Below the pieces are notes generated by a model. The model saw only the letters and a program-made list of their open reading frames with translations, had not been told where the DNA came from and made no database searches. A DNA stretch of 64,000 nt from Candidatus Woesearchaeota archaeon (lineage in GTDB: Archaea; Nanobdellota; Nanobdellia; Woesearchaeales; GW2011-AR15). The stretch is from assembly GCA_038874655.1 (NCBI GenBank), contig JAVZBY010000003.1:134991-198990 (forward strand), written 5' to 3'. This document shows, piece by piece, positions 20,201 to 28,658 of the stretch. Each line of letters begins with the position of its first letter. Position 1 is the stretch's first letter. The position numbers and the translations under genes are program-made.

Positions 20201-21851
20201 CACTATTAATATCATAAATATTTAAAGACTCTGTATCTGTTTTTCCGATATTATTAAATATTGCTGTTAAATCTGCATCATCTACTACATTTGAACTTTC
20301 TCCTTCTGTATTAACATTACATTTTAAACATATATTTTGACAAGTTTCATCTATATATCTTATCCAAACACCATACCTTGGTCTTCCTAAAATATTTGTT
20401 ATCTCAACTTCTTTACAAACCTTTTTTACACCTTGTGAGCAATATGCAAAATTTTCTTCTCTACATTTACCTTGCTCATCTACACAAAGATGTGTATTAT
20501 TAATACAACATGAAGAAGGATTATTACTCAATTGACCTATTTCTGAATATTGCATATATGCTGGATTTACAGAATTATAAGTATTAATTGAAACATAATA
20601 GTCAATTGGTATTTCCTTATTATCATCTCCACAACACAATCCTTGAATATCTTCTAACCCCTCAACTTCTTCATTGGGTTTAAAAGTATCTTTACCATAA
20701 TAACATTGATTTTCATTTTCACAATCAAACCATTTTGATTTAATAAAGTGATAAACATATTGTGGTGTCTCAGGTGTATTTGACATAGATACAAACTCTT
20801 TAATAATTACTTTATCTGTACAATTCCCTTCATTTACATCCAAATCAAGCCACCCTCCTTGAATACCATTTCTTGAATAACAATATTCTATTTCATTATC
20901 ACCATCTGCATCAATTAAAGTGCCAACTGGATGTCCTTTTTTATTAATGTCAACACAATCTGTATTCCTGTAACTACAATTTATAATATTTGTATTTGAA
21001 TTACATTCATCCCAATTATATACTAAATTATTCTCATAAAAATAATAATAAGTATAATCATAAGGATTTTCATCTCTTCCAGTTTCAAAAACATAATAAT
21101 CAAAATCAGGATTAATATTATCATTAACTTTTGGACAATAGAAGAAATTTTCATATCTTATTGGAACAATCACTTCTTCTGTAACATCATATGTATTTGT
21201 GTCTAATGCGGTTTTTATTTCATTTCTATTACCTTTAACTATAACCCTTAAAGGAGTATTAGAAACAATACTTTGTGTAATTGCTTCATTAGGAACTTGA
21301 ATCTCTTCCCTAAATGCATATGCATTTCCAACATTATTATAAACTAAATCCTCATTATCCCAACTTTTATCAACTGTTATAGTATCTCCACAATATGTAC
21401 AAGCTACTTCTAAAATAAATTTTTTTGAATTAGGACTATTATTCAAACAAATCTCTGAAACAGAAGCAGTTAAAGATGCTGGCGGATAATTACAAACATT
21501 ATTATTACATATGCCATAATAGCCACACTTTGTTCCTAATCCAGAACATGTGCCACAATTATTAGTTGGTGTTATTTGTACACCACATTGCACTTGAGAT
21601 GCAGGTGGACATTGAGGTGTACATGATGAACCCTCATTATATTGTCCACAACAACACGCTAAAACACCATTATCATCTCTACATCCATCAAAGCCAGGTT
21701 TACAGTTTGGATAAGTATATTGAATATCTCCCTGACAACAATATTGACTACATAATTTAGCATTAGAGGGAAATAAAAATATTATAAAAAAAATTAAATA
21801 TATTATATAATAAAAATTGTTAAACTTATAATTCTCTTTCATATACCCCAC
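17277..21851 (-). CDS. giant (1524 aa) secreted modular Cys-rich protein with at least 5 copies of a ~65-aa module, dockerin-like and DxDxDG motifs
   Basis: Signal peptide. Repeated CPxGTxLCxDGTCSxxCxETDTxxxGCIxxxGxCExGEGCACxDC modules. DINSDGAITDADV dockerin-like loop. NDGVDNDCDGLIDE. Confidence 0.75.
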   Translation of the reverse strand: MGYMKENYKFNNFYYIIYLIFFIIFLFPSNAKLCSQYCCQGDIQYTYPNCKPGFDGCRDDNGVLACCCGQYNEGSSCTPQCPPASQVQCGVQITPTNNCGTCSGLGTKCGYYGICNNNVCNYPPASLTASVSEICLNNSPNSKKFILEVACTYCGDTITVDKSWDNEDLVYNNVGNAYAFREEIQVPNEAITQSIVSNTPLRVIVKGNRNEIKTALDTNTYDVTEEVIVPIRYENFFYCPKVNDNINPDFDYYVFETGRDENPYDYTYYYFYENNLVYNWDECNSNTNIINCSYRNTDCVDINKKGHPVGTLIDADGDNEIEYCYSRNGIQGGWLDLDVNEGNCTDKVIIKEFVSMSNTPETPQYVYHFIKSKWFDCENENQCYYGKDTFKPNEEVEGLEDIQGLCCGDDNKEIPIDYYVSINTYNSVNPAYMQYSEIGQLSNNPSSCCINNTHLCVDEQGKCREENFAYCSQGVKKVCKEVEITNILGRPRYGVWIRYIDETCQNICLKCNVNTEGESSNVVDDADLTAIFNNIGKTDTESLNIYDINSDGAITDADVMSCNSCVGENVNICGNEKLESVEECDVINNRPVFGNNCNEFLCSQNSKKVSQRIGCADCNCLYDLPKCVKNKCGAQCGNDQDCGEGKTCNLNTCSCELKGCPVGTGLCQDGTCSSDCKETDTDFMGCIGDPDGNCVEGEGCACSDCLGKQDGCVLGAVCDTNFLCQCPLGTTLCQEGTCSENCKETDTASKGCNIRNGICEEGEGCACVDCSNKKDSCAQGLVCDYLNEKCSLPCVKTENFESTLNDGVDNDCDGLIDEPEFLQGYGVYIWDSNCNYFVCTYSDDSIQHNITIRINSEKSMLVKELNNFDLNQDSYQLRDNNKEVLYLSKVKNDLDCLVIKTDSVMNFNVNFEGLVNLRKVYLTQRKINPITNPFSYSNPLCTSGCDKPENCGKQTIIPPFLEGCSAEKCLFDCGGYWINTSTIFDALFPTSNLGDYCENCKSNMKCSNYTNEISCVFDPCRASLTQFGCVWNGSNCNDAFKQCLPGTALCKDGTCSRNCLETDSGFAGCINRNGKCEIGEGCACEDCRNKQDSCVQGAICSFGLCGCPVGTTLCNDNTCNETCANHGGVKGCIVEDGFCQLGEGCGCKDCHDLRDGCVLGAKCNYFTSLCVEDRTYYCDEGTVLCNDNTCDATCENHGGKKGCIGQPNGECEIGEGCACEDCYEKRDSCKSGLLCNSNTKLCYKPTTQNQQPVCVDLDNDGYYKILSTCSGSNDCNDNDYNINPGRMELCNNIDDNCNGQVDENCLLNEELFTITINTKNVVNVLDSVLVKVKLKNNLNRELEDLVISLEAPNKIDVKNNNLIIKKITAGEEKEINFVVLVKDYTSSKAILKLYIKNNNDLLAQKDIELEVVIPEFEIRAMPDSRFNKGNMVCYDLYYIVNNRDYEGYSDIELDIHDPSTIFGKSVIVDYMRSVYIQGIVIEPLLSNPYCVREGINYKINAYLYKGGSFRIINKVAESSVDLES

Positions 21852-21972
21852 CTTCTAAAAGTATTATTTTATTTTTAAAACATTATTAATTAATTTTTAA
21901 TAAAAGTAATCTCATTTTTTACATATATAAACTTTTCGCTCCTAGATAAATTATATCCTAAAAATATCATTT

Positions 21973-22998
21973 CTAATTCACATTCTTTATTAATATCAAA
22001 GCACCTTTTTTTGTATCTGGTAAATCTTCAATGGAATATGCGTTAAAATTACAATCTAATAACCTTAAATTACTATCACCAAATAATTCATCAAAATTAA
22101 TATTAGTTTCTGTATCATCATTAACATTTTTTGCTTTAAATGTCAATTTAGCTATACTTCCTGAACCAGAAGCACATTCATTACCTATAACTCCTAAACT
22201 AAATCTTCCCTCACTTGGACTTATCAATGGATAAGAAATACTGTTTATTTCTTTATGAGAATTATCTAAATTAACAACAAAAACAGAATCAAATAAACTA
22301 TTTTCATTATAAGATGACGATGTAATTATACCAGTCCTTTCAAGAGATATAAAATTAGGGTCATACTTTATAGTAATTTGTATAGATCTTAAATTATTAA
22401 CACAATAAAGATTCAAATACAAATCAAACTCATTGTTCTCATTAACAATTACATCATATTTGCTGTAAATATTGCTTTGTTTTGATTCCAAACTAGCTTG
22501 ATTTTTAGAAATTCTTATTCCATCTTTATCACTTTTAGTTATACAATGTCTATTAGTAGTTTCATTAATCTTTTCTGCAAAATTCCCTTTCACAAAAGTA
22601 GGCAAAATACTATTATAGGTTTTTTTCACTTTTTTATTTCCGCCTAAATAATATTTATCAAAAATAATTAAGGTTATTTCATCATTGCTTAAATTAAGTG
22701 TATATTCATATCCCATTAATCGTGTTGGTAATTCAAATTCCCTATAATAATTATTATGCATTGATGAAGCAATAATAATTTCATTTTTTATATCATTAAT
22801 CAAATTAATAATCTCTTGATTTTCTTTTTCTTGGCTAATCTCAGAAATTCTATTTGTAATTAAATATATAAAACCAGTTATAACTAAAAAAACAATACCA
22901 AAAATTAATATAAATTCAAAGGATATCTGAGCTATTTTAGCTATTTTAAAGTATTTAAGCAAACCTTCTTTTGTTATAGTTTTATTAATTTTTTTCAT
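21973..22998 (-). CDS. pilin-like protein (class III signal-like N-terminus), large C-terminal domain
   Basis: MKKINKT...KIAKIAQISFEFILIFGIVFLVITGF. Start moved to Met17 to avoid overlap with the upstream gene. Confidence 0.45.
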   Translation of the reverse strand: MKKINKTITKEGLLKYFKIAKIAQISFEFILIFGIVFLVITGFIYLITNRISEISQEKENQEIINLINDIKNEIIIASSMHNNYYREFELPTRLMGYEYTLNLSNDEITLIIFDKYYLGGNKKVKKTYNSILPTFVKGNFAEKINETTNRHCITKSDKDGIRISKNQASLESKQSNIYSKYDVIVNENNEFDLYLNLYCVNNLRSIQITIKYDPNFISLERTGIITSSSYNENSLFDSVFVVNLDNSHKEINSISYPLISPSEGRFSLGVIGNECASGSGSIAKLTFKAKNVNDDTETNINFDELFGDSNLRLLDCNFNAYSIEDLPDTKKGALILIKNVN

Positions 22999-23030
22999 TT
23001 TAAAAACATCAATTTTCACAGAGACTTTAA

Positions 23031-23819
23031 TCAAGTTTCTTGACAACCATTTTTACAAATACCTTTTCCTTTAAAATTATCACTTTTACTTAATTTATTT
23101 AAAACAGATGCTTCGTCATCATTATTAGTATCAATCAACCAACTATTTGTAATTTTACCTCTATTTCCTGCTGAATCATAACTATAAATTCCATAAACAC
23201 TTATCTTTATTATTTTATTAGTTTTCCCTTTCCATGAAGCAAAATTAGTTTTATCTGCTATTTCATAATTAAAAGTTCCATTTAATTCTAATGTCCATGG
23301 ATCAATTTGCTTAATAAAATTTCCAAAAAAAGAAACATTTAATTTTTTCAATTCAATATTTAAGTAAGAAAAATTTTTTTCTAAATCACTTTTTAAATTA
23401 GTAAACAAATATCTTTTGTCAATGTAATTCAATTGTGTTAAATTATAATCTCTATTATTAACAGTCAAATTACCATCATAAAAAACATCTGGAAATGCTG
23501 ATAAGAAAGATTTAATATAATTTTGATTAAACCCATTATCATAATAAAAATGTGATAAACCAATTATGACTTCTTTAGAACTAATATATAACATGTTTTC
23601 TAAATAATAATTTTCAAAATCATTCACAAATGAATTTAAAACTTTTAACCTTGCTCTTGTAGCATCAAGATCTGAAACTTTTTCATATCTTTTTGAGTTT
23701 AAATCAATAGTTGCTAAAAATAAAAAAACAAATAAAATAGAAGTAATTGTAAAAAAAACAGACTTTTTATTATTTTTTAATCTAAATTTTTTTAATTTAA
23801 TTAAGATTCTATTTTTCAT
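23031..23819 (-). CDS. pilin-like protein
   Basis: Basic leader KKFRLKNNKKS followed by VFFTITSILFVFLFLATI hydrophobic segment, then soluble domain. Confidence 0.45.
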   Translation of the reverse strand: MKNRILIKLKKFRLKNNKKSVFFTITSILFVFLFLATIDLNSKRYEKVSDLDATRARLKVLNSFVNDFENYYLENMLYISSKEVIIGLSHFYYDNGFNQNYIKSFLSAFPDVFYDGNLTVNNRDYNLTQLNYIDKRYLFTNLKSDLEKNFSYLNIELKKLNVSFFGNFIKQIDPWTLELNGTFNYEIADKTNFASWKGKTNKIIKISVYGIYSYDSAGNRGKITNSWLIDTNNDDEASVLNKLSKSDNFKGKGICKNGCQET

Positions 23820-24339
23820 TCCAAAAAAGCACCTCTACTAAATAAGGGCCAAATTTAATAAAACTACCATCATTTGGATTTTCATAATACCCAAAAACAA
23901 TAGTTTGTCTATTAATTATTTGCTCAGCTTTTTGAAATTTATCACCTTTTGAAAAAATCTCTTCATTGTTTATTCTTATTTTAAGTCCATATCTATCATC
24001 AACTAAATTATATGTGTCTATAAAATCTTTAATTAATAATTTTATTTGAGCTCTATTATTTTTATTATATAACTCACCAATAATGGTAATTAAAGTTTGA
24101 TTAATATTTACATTATTATGTATTGCTGTTAAATTATTAAAATTGCAATTTCCTGCATTACACAAATCTTCACCCTTAACATTAGTTATTAAATCATAAA
24201 AATTGTCTGCTATATTATCCATAGTTATAGCATTACTTTCCGCCCTATAACTTGAAAATAATAATAAATACCCCATAATCAATATAATTATCCCAAAAAT
24301 TCCATCAATTATGAAAAATTGTGCTTTTTTATATCTCAT
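23809..24339 (-). CDS. pilin-like protein (start moved to MRYKKAQ...)
   Basis: MRYKKAQFFIIDGIFGIIILIMGYLLLF: short basic leader, Q, hydrophobic helix, i.e. class III signal-like. Confidence 0.5.
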   Translation of the reverse strand: MRYKKAQFFIIDGIFGIIILIMGYLLLFSSYRAESNAITMDNIADNFYDLITNVKGEDLCNAGNCNFNNLTAIHNNVNINQTLITIIGELYNKNNRAQIKLLIKDFIDTYNLVDDRYGLKIRINNEEIFSKGDKFQKAEQIINRQTIVFGYYENPNDGSFIKFGPYLVEVLFWNEK

Positions 24340-24377
24340 TTTGCATAACTTTTTACAAATATAATTATTTGCCATCT

Positions 24378-24932
24378 TTACTCTGCACATATATAAACAT
24401 TAAAAGTATAAATATCCTTTTGATTATTATAATCATAAAGAACATTTCTCTTAATAAGTATTGATTCTTTCAACGAACATTTTGGATTAGCAACTATATT
24501 ATTTAAATCAGAATCTCCACATAAAATCCTTTCTCCAATAGTTAAAAAATAAACATAATTATTATTATAATTAGGAAAAACTGCCCTGCTTTTTATTATC
24601 CTATTGTTTTTATCTTGTAGATATAAACAATAAGAAATCCTCTTAACAGAATTCGTTGTTAAATCTTTAAAAAAAAAGTCATATAAAACATTATTATCCT
24701 CATTAAAAAAAGCATCTAGCTTATTATTATCAATTTTAATTCCATCTAAAAAATCTTTTTCCTCATCATAAATTTCATTTAACTTATTAAACATTAACTC
24801 ATATTGAATATCCAATTTTTTTTCAGATGTCAAAAAAAAAGCATTATTCAATCCATAAAAAAATAAGGATACTGCAAATATATATAAAATAAAAGTCATA
24901 ACAAAATCCATACTAATAATTTGAGATTTCAT
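24378..24932 (-). CDS. pilin-like protein
   Basis: MKSQIISMDFVMTFILYIFAVSLFF parallels KSQFAMEYVLMIAIALAIL of the adjacent pilin. Confidence 0.5.
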   Translation of the reverse strand: MKSQIISMDFVMTFILYIFAVSLFFYGLNNAFFLTSEKKLDIQYELMFNKLNEIYDEEKDFLDGIKIDNNKLDAFFNEDNNVLYDFFFKDLTTNSVKRISYCLYLQDKNNRIIKSRAVFPNYNNNYVYFLTIGERILCGDSDLNNIVANPKCSLKESILIKRNVLYDYNNQKDIYTFNVYICAE

Positions 24933-24944
24933 TTTTTACAAATT

Positions 24945-25499
24945 TTAACTATATTCTTGTTTTGAGATATTAACACAAATCTTTTGTATTACATTATTAT
25001 TTTGATATTTATAAATACAATTTGGGATTACATCCAAGTAAATACCTTTTAAACCTTCTCCATATATACTTTTTTTTAAACATTTACAATCATTATCAAT
25101 ACAAAGTTCATCTGGATTTATATCGCAATTATCACCATACAATGGAACACTAGACTCATACATAACTTTATTTTCCCCTCCTGTTGTAATATATTTAAAA
25201 ATCAAATATGTTTCATTTCCACCTTTAACATTTAATATATACATATTAGTAATACCCGAAGGCATCTCAAAAGTTAAGGTTGTTCTAGATGAAACACCAT
25301 AATAATAAATTTTTCTTGCATTATTTATAATTAAATTAGAAATTTGATTTAGTTTATTATTAATTGCAAAATCATTGCTTTGGAAAACATAATTTCTAAA
25401 AACATAAATTCCAGAAAGCAAAATAGCTAATGCAATAGCAATCATTAAAACATATTCCATTGCAAACTGAGATTTACCCCTTTTTTTAAAAATCTTCAT
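24945..25499 (-). CDS. archaeal type IV pilin (class III signal peptide, DUF361-like QxAxEY motif)
   Basis: MKIFKKRGKSQFAMEYVLMIAIALAILLSGIYVF matches the archaeal prepilin consensus (basic leader, G, then Q..AMEY + hydrophobic helix). Confidence 0.65.
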   Translation of the reverse strand: MKIFKKRGKSQFAMEYVLMIAIALAILLSGIYVFRNYVFQSNDFAINNKLNQISNLIINNARKIYYYGVSSRTTLTFEMPSGITNMYILNVKGGNETYLIFKYITTGGENKVMYESSVPLYGDNCDINPDELCIDNDCKCLKKSIYGEGLKGIYLDVIPNCIYKYQNNNVIQKICVNISKQEYS

Positions 25500-25606
25500 A
25501 AAAAATAATTAGGAATCTTTCTTTAAATAATTTTTGATAAATTTTATACAGAATTCATGATAAATTTCATATAGTATATAGCAAAAAATAAAAAAAAGAA
25601 AAAATA

Positions 25607-25696
25607 CGCAGCTGAGAGGATTTGAACCCCCGACCTACTGCTTAGGAGGCAGTCGCTCTTTTTGGCTTACTTGTATCCAAGCTGAGCTACAGCTGC
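25607..25696 (-). tRNA. tRNA-Arg (anticodon CCT) with a 15-nt insertion/intron in the D-loop
   Basis: Reverse complement: GCAGCTG acceptor paired with CAGCTGC, D-arm GCTC-AGCTTGGATA[CAAGTAAGCCAAAAA]GAGC, anticodon stem ACTGC/GCAGT with loop CTCCTAA, T-loop TTCAAAT (T-stem has two G-U pairs). Confidence 0.5.
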
Positions 25697-25821
25697 ATAC
25701 TAATTATAAATAAATATAAAAAAATATAAAACAAAAAAAAAGAAAAAAAACTATTTTAAAAATATTGTTAATCTATATGATAAAAACATAAAATTAAAAA
25801 GAATAAAAAAATTTTTTTGAT

Positions 25822-26244
25822 TTATTTACCCCAAGCTAAAATACCCCATATAACAAAATTTACAATGGGTATCATCATTAATATTGCCCACCAACCTGGT
25901 TTTTGTCTTGCTTCGCAAATTTTCCATTGTGCCATTATTGAAACTACCATTAAAGTTAGTGATGCAAAAAAGTTTATAAAAGGTATAATTAGAGCTATTA
26001 TCAATAACATTAACATTGGGTTCATTTTAGCCATTTTTAGCATCAAATAAAAATTAGCTATTGGAATCCATGCTAACCATGCATTTTGTACATTCAATCT
26101 TTGTGCTGTTTTCATCAATGCTAAAGACATATAGACATATACTGCTACTGAAAACAAAACTAAAAAAACCATCATCCCCATTAATAATCCTAATAACCCT
26201 GCTGCACTATCTCCAAAAACCACATCATTGTATTGCAATAACAT
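25822..26244 (-). CDS. hypothetical small polytopic membrane protein
   Basis: 140 aa, Trp/Met-rich TM helices. Preferred over the overlapping plus-strand ORF, which is Ile/Lys-rich antisense-like. Confidence 0.45.
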   Translation of the reverse strand: MLLQYNDVVFGDSAAGLLGLLMGMMVFLVLFSVAVYVYMSLALMKTAQRLNVQNAWLAWIPIANFYLMLKMAKMNPMLMLLIIALIIPFINFFASLTLMVVSIMAQWKICEARQKPGWWAILMMIPIVNFVIWGILAWGK

Positions 26245-26353
26245 TTTATCACCTCATAATATAAATAAAATTTAGAATTTAAATATTTTTTTATTCAATC
26301 TTTTGTAATATTTATGTAAAAATTTTAAAAAGATTTAAAATTTCAATCATAAA

Positions 26354-27352
26354 ATGAAACTAAAATTAATTCCTCTATTTATATTTGGATTTATAATTAT
26401 TTCATTAATTTACAGTCATTTTGGTTTAAAAGATGCACTAGACGCATTTAAAAAATTTACAATATTACCTTTAATTGCTTTTATAATAATTGCTATTATA
26501 ATTGACTATTTGTTAACTTACAGATGGAAACTCATATTAGAAGCAAACAACATAAAAATAAATTTTCTAAAAATATGGCAATATAGGCTAAGTGGTTTTG
26601 CAATTGGTTATTTAAGTCCTCAACCAAATATTGGTGGAGATCCTATAAGAGCAATATTATTAAAAAAAGATAAAGTAAAATTCAAAAAAGCTTTATCAAC
26701 AGTAATAATTGATAGAAGTATTCAAACATTAACAGATTTAATTTTTGCATTTATAATGATTCTAATTATTTTTTTTTCAATAAAAATCTCATTAAAAACA
26801 AAAATCCTTTTATTTTTAATTGTTAGTTTCCCATTATTAATAATTATATATTATTTCACTGCAATGAAAAAAAACAAACCCTTTTTTAGCAAGTTATTTA
26901 AAAGATTTAAAAAAATACAACAAAACTTAATTGAAATAGAAAAAATAATTTCTAATTTTCACAGAAAAAAAAACCACATATTTATAAAAACATTATTAAT
27001 AAATTTTTTAGTCCTACTCTTGATTATAATTCAATATGTATTCATATTAATGCTTCTAAATATTAATATTAATATAATCACTATTTTTTTATTAATAATA
27101 AGTATAACTATTGCATCTGCTGTTCCCTTACCTATGAACATGGGTGCTCTTGAAATTTCACAAATTACAGCTCTTAGCTTTTTAAAAATAGATCAAGCAA
27201 TTGGATTATCAATAAGTATTTTAATAAGATTTTTAGATTTAACAAAAACAATTATAGGGCTAAACAGTTTATTTTACTTTGGATTTAATTTTGAAAAGAT
27301 ATTAAAAATTTTAAAGATTAAAAATGACAAAAAAAATAATAAAGAAAAATAA
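26354..27352 (+). CDS. flippase-like membrane protein (lysylphosphatidylglycerol synthase TM-region / UPF0104-like)
   Basis: 8-TM architecture. Conserved GYLSPQPNIGGDPIRAILLKK loop typical of this family. Adjacent to GT2 genes. Confidence 0.5.
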   Translation: MKLKLIPLFIFGFIIISLIYSHFGLKDALDAFKKFTILPLIAFIIIAIIIDYLLTYRWKLILEANNIKINFLKIWQYRLSGFAIGYLSPQPNIGGDPIRAILLKKDKVKFKKALSTVIIDRSIQTLTDLIFAFIMILIIFFSIKISLKTKILLFLIVSFPLLIIIYYFTAMKKNKPFFSKLFKRFKKIQQNLIEIEKIISNFHRKKNHIFIKTLLINFLVLLLIIIQYVFILMLLNININIITIFLLIISITIASAVPLPMNMGALEISQITALSFLKIDQAIGLSISILIRFLDLTKTIIGLNSLFYFGFNFEKILKILKIKNDKKNNKEK

Positions 27353-28076
27353 AAAAAATATTAAACAATCAAATAAGGCTACTGAAAAAATAAAAAATCT
27401 TTTATTAGAATATGAATCAAAAAAAGATAAAATAAGAAAAAGATTAGATGATTTCATAAAGTTTTATAATGAGGATTATTCTTGGTTTTATGAAAATAAT
27501 GAGTTAATATTAAAAAAAATTAATAAAAATAATGATGAAAGAATTTTTGAAGAACTTTGTTTCTGTATTTTAACTGCTAATGGTTCTGCACTAACAGGGA
27601 TAAAAGCAATTCAGTATTCTAGAGATATTTTAATAAATGGAACAAAAGAAGAAATACAAAAAAAGTTAAAAGAATCTGGGGTTAGATTTCATAATAGAGC
27701 AGAGTATATTTTTCATAATAGAGAAAAACTAAAAAAAGATTATAATTTTGAAATTAAAAAATTAATTGATGAAAAAAAACACAATAAACAAGAATTACGA
27801 GAATTTTTTGTTTCATACATCAAAGGTTTTAGTTATAAAGAAGCAAGTCATTTTTTAAGAAATATTGGCGTTTTTGATTATGCAATCCTTGATAAACATA
27901 TTTTAAGAACAATGTTAGAATATAAAATAATAAGAGAAATTCCTAAAACAATTACAAAAAAGAAATATTTGGAATTAGAGCAAAAATTTATTGATTTCAG
28001 CAAATTTTTGAATATTGATATGAATGAATTAGATTTATTACTTTGGCAAACCAAAACAGGAAAAATTCTTAAATAA
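27324..28076 (+). CDS. ogg: N-glycosylase/DNA lyase (archaeal Ogg-type 8-oxoguanine glycosylase, HhH-GPD)
   Basis: FCILTANGSA, HhH KEASHFLRNIGVFDYAILDKHI with catalytic Lys/Asp spacing typical of Ogg2. Confidence 0.7.
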   Translation: MTKKIIKKNKKNIKQSNKATEKIKNLLLEYESKKDKIRKRLDDFIKFYNEDYSWFYENNELILKKINKNNDERIFEELCFCILTANGSALTGIKAIQYSRDILINGTKEEIQKKLKESGVRFHNRAEYIFHNREKLKKDYNFEIKKLIDEKKHNKQELREFFVSYIKGFSYKEASHFLRNIGVFDYAILDKHILRTMLEYKIIREIPKTITKKKYLELEQKFIDFSKFLNIDMNELDLLLWQTKTGKILK

Positions 28077-28165
28077 AAATAAATTATAAAAAAGTATAAT
28101 TAAAATTTTAAAAAATTGAAATTAAAAAAAAAATACTAGAAAATACAAAAGATCATCTGAGAAAA

Positions 28166-28429
28166 ATGCCAATAAAAATAATAGCAGATTTAATAAAATT
28201 CAAAATAAAGTTTATTGCATATTTAGCAAGACATAGTAAAAAATCATTTAAGTTTTTATTTTGGATAGATGACTTTATAAGAATTTTTGCAATGACAATT
28301 TTATTTATGCTTATTGCAAGAATTCTTAATTTAAATGCTTTATTTTCAACAATACTTTTCTTTATTGGTGTTATAGTTGATATAGAAGATTTTATTAATA
28401 ACAAAGGTATAGGTAAATTAGACATTTAA
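28166..28429 (+). CDS. possible small membrane protein (uncertain)
   Basis: 87-aa ORF. Overlapped by an antisense ORF of similar size. Weak coding evidence. Confidence 0.2.
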   Translation: MPIKIIADLIKFKIKFIAYLARHSKKSFKFLFWIDDFIRIFAMTILFMLIARILNLNALFSTILFFIGVIVDIEDFINNKGIGKLDI

Positions 28430-28487
28430 AAATAGAAAATCTAAAATTATTGAATCATTAAAAACATATAAGAATAAGCTAGTATAT

Positions 28488-28609
28488 ACGGCAGTGGTCT
28501 AACGGCATGATAGGACCCTCCCATAAAAAAAGTATAAAACATATAATAATAAATTATGTTAATAAATTGAAGAGAGGTCTTGATCCGGGTTCAATTCCCG
28601 GCTGCCGTA
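28488..28609 (+). tRNA. intron-containing tRNA, tentatively tRNA-Gly (CCC); ~45-50-nt A/T-rich intron after anticodon loop
   Basis: Acceptor ACGGCAG/CTGCCGT, T-arm CCGGG-TTCAATT-CCCGG, anticodon stem GGACC/GGTCT with loop CTCCCA then an insert. Exact anticodon is uncertain. Confidence 0.5.
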
Positions 28610-28658
28610 TGAAAAGATTTATTAAAACTAAATCTAATATTTAAATAAAGGTGAAAAA

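Noticed and set aside
17758-20217. Several 80 to 100-aa plus-strand ORFs (17758..18015, 18047..18355, 18583..18828, 19838..20095, 19975..20217, 21566..21760)
   Set aside because: All are nested antisense to the 1524-aa giant gene.
21973-25499. Interpretation of the five pilin-like genes as an archaellum (fla) operon
   Set aside because: No FlaH/FlaI/FlaJ or FlaC-G homologs are adjacent. The C-terminal domains are heterogeneous and several are large, which fits adhesive pili/minor pilins better than archaellins.
25817-26050. Plus-strand 77-aa ORF overlapping the 140-aa minus-strand membrane protein
   Set aside because: Ile/Lys-rich low-complexity product typical of antisense frames in AT-rich DNA. 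The minus-strand product has well-formed TM helices.
28153-28425. Minus-strand 90-aa ORF overlapping 28166..28429
   Set aside because: Both overlapping ORFs are weak. The minus one is the more Ile/Lys-biased, so I kept only the plus-strand ORF, at low confidence.
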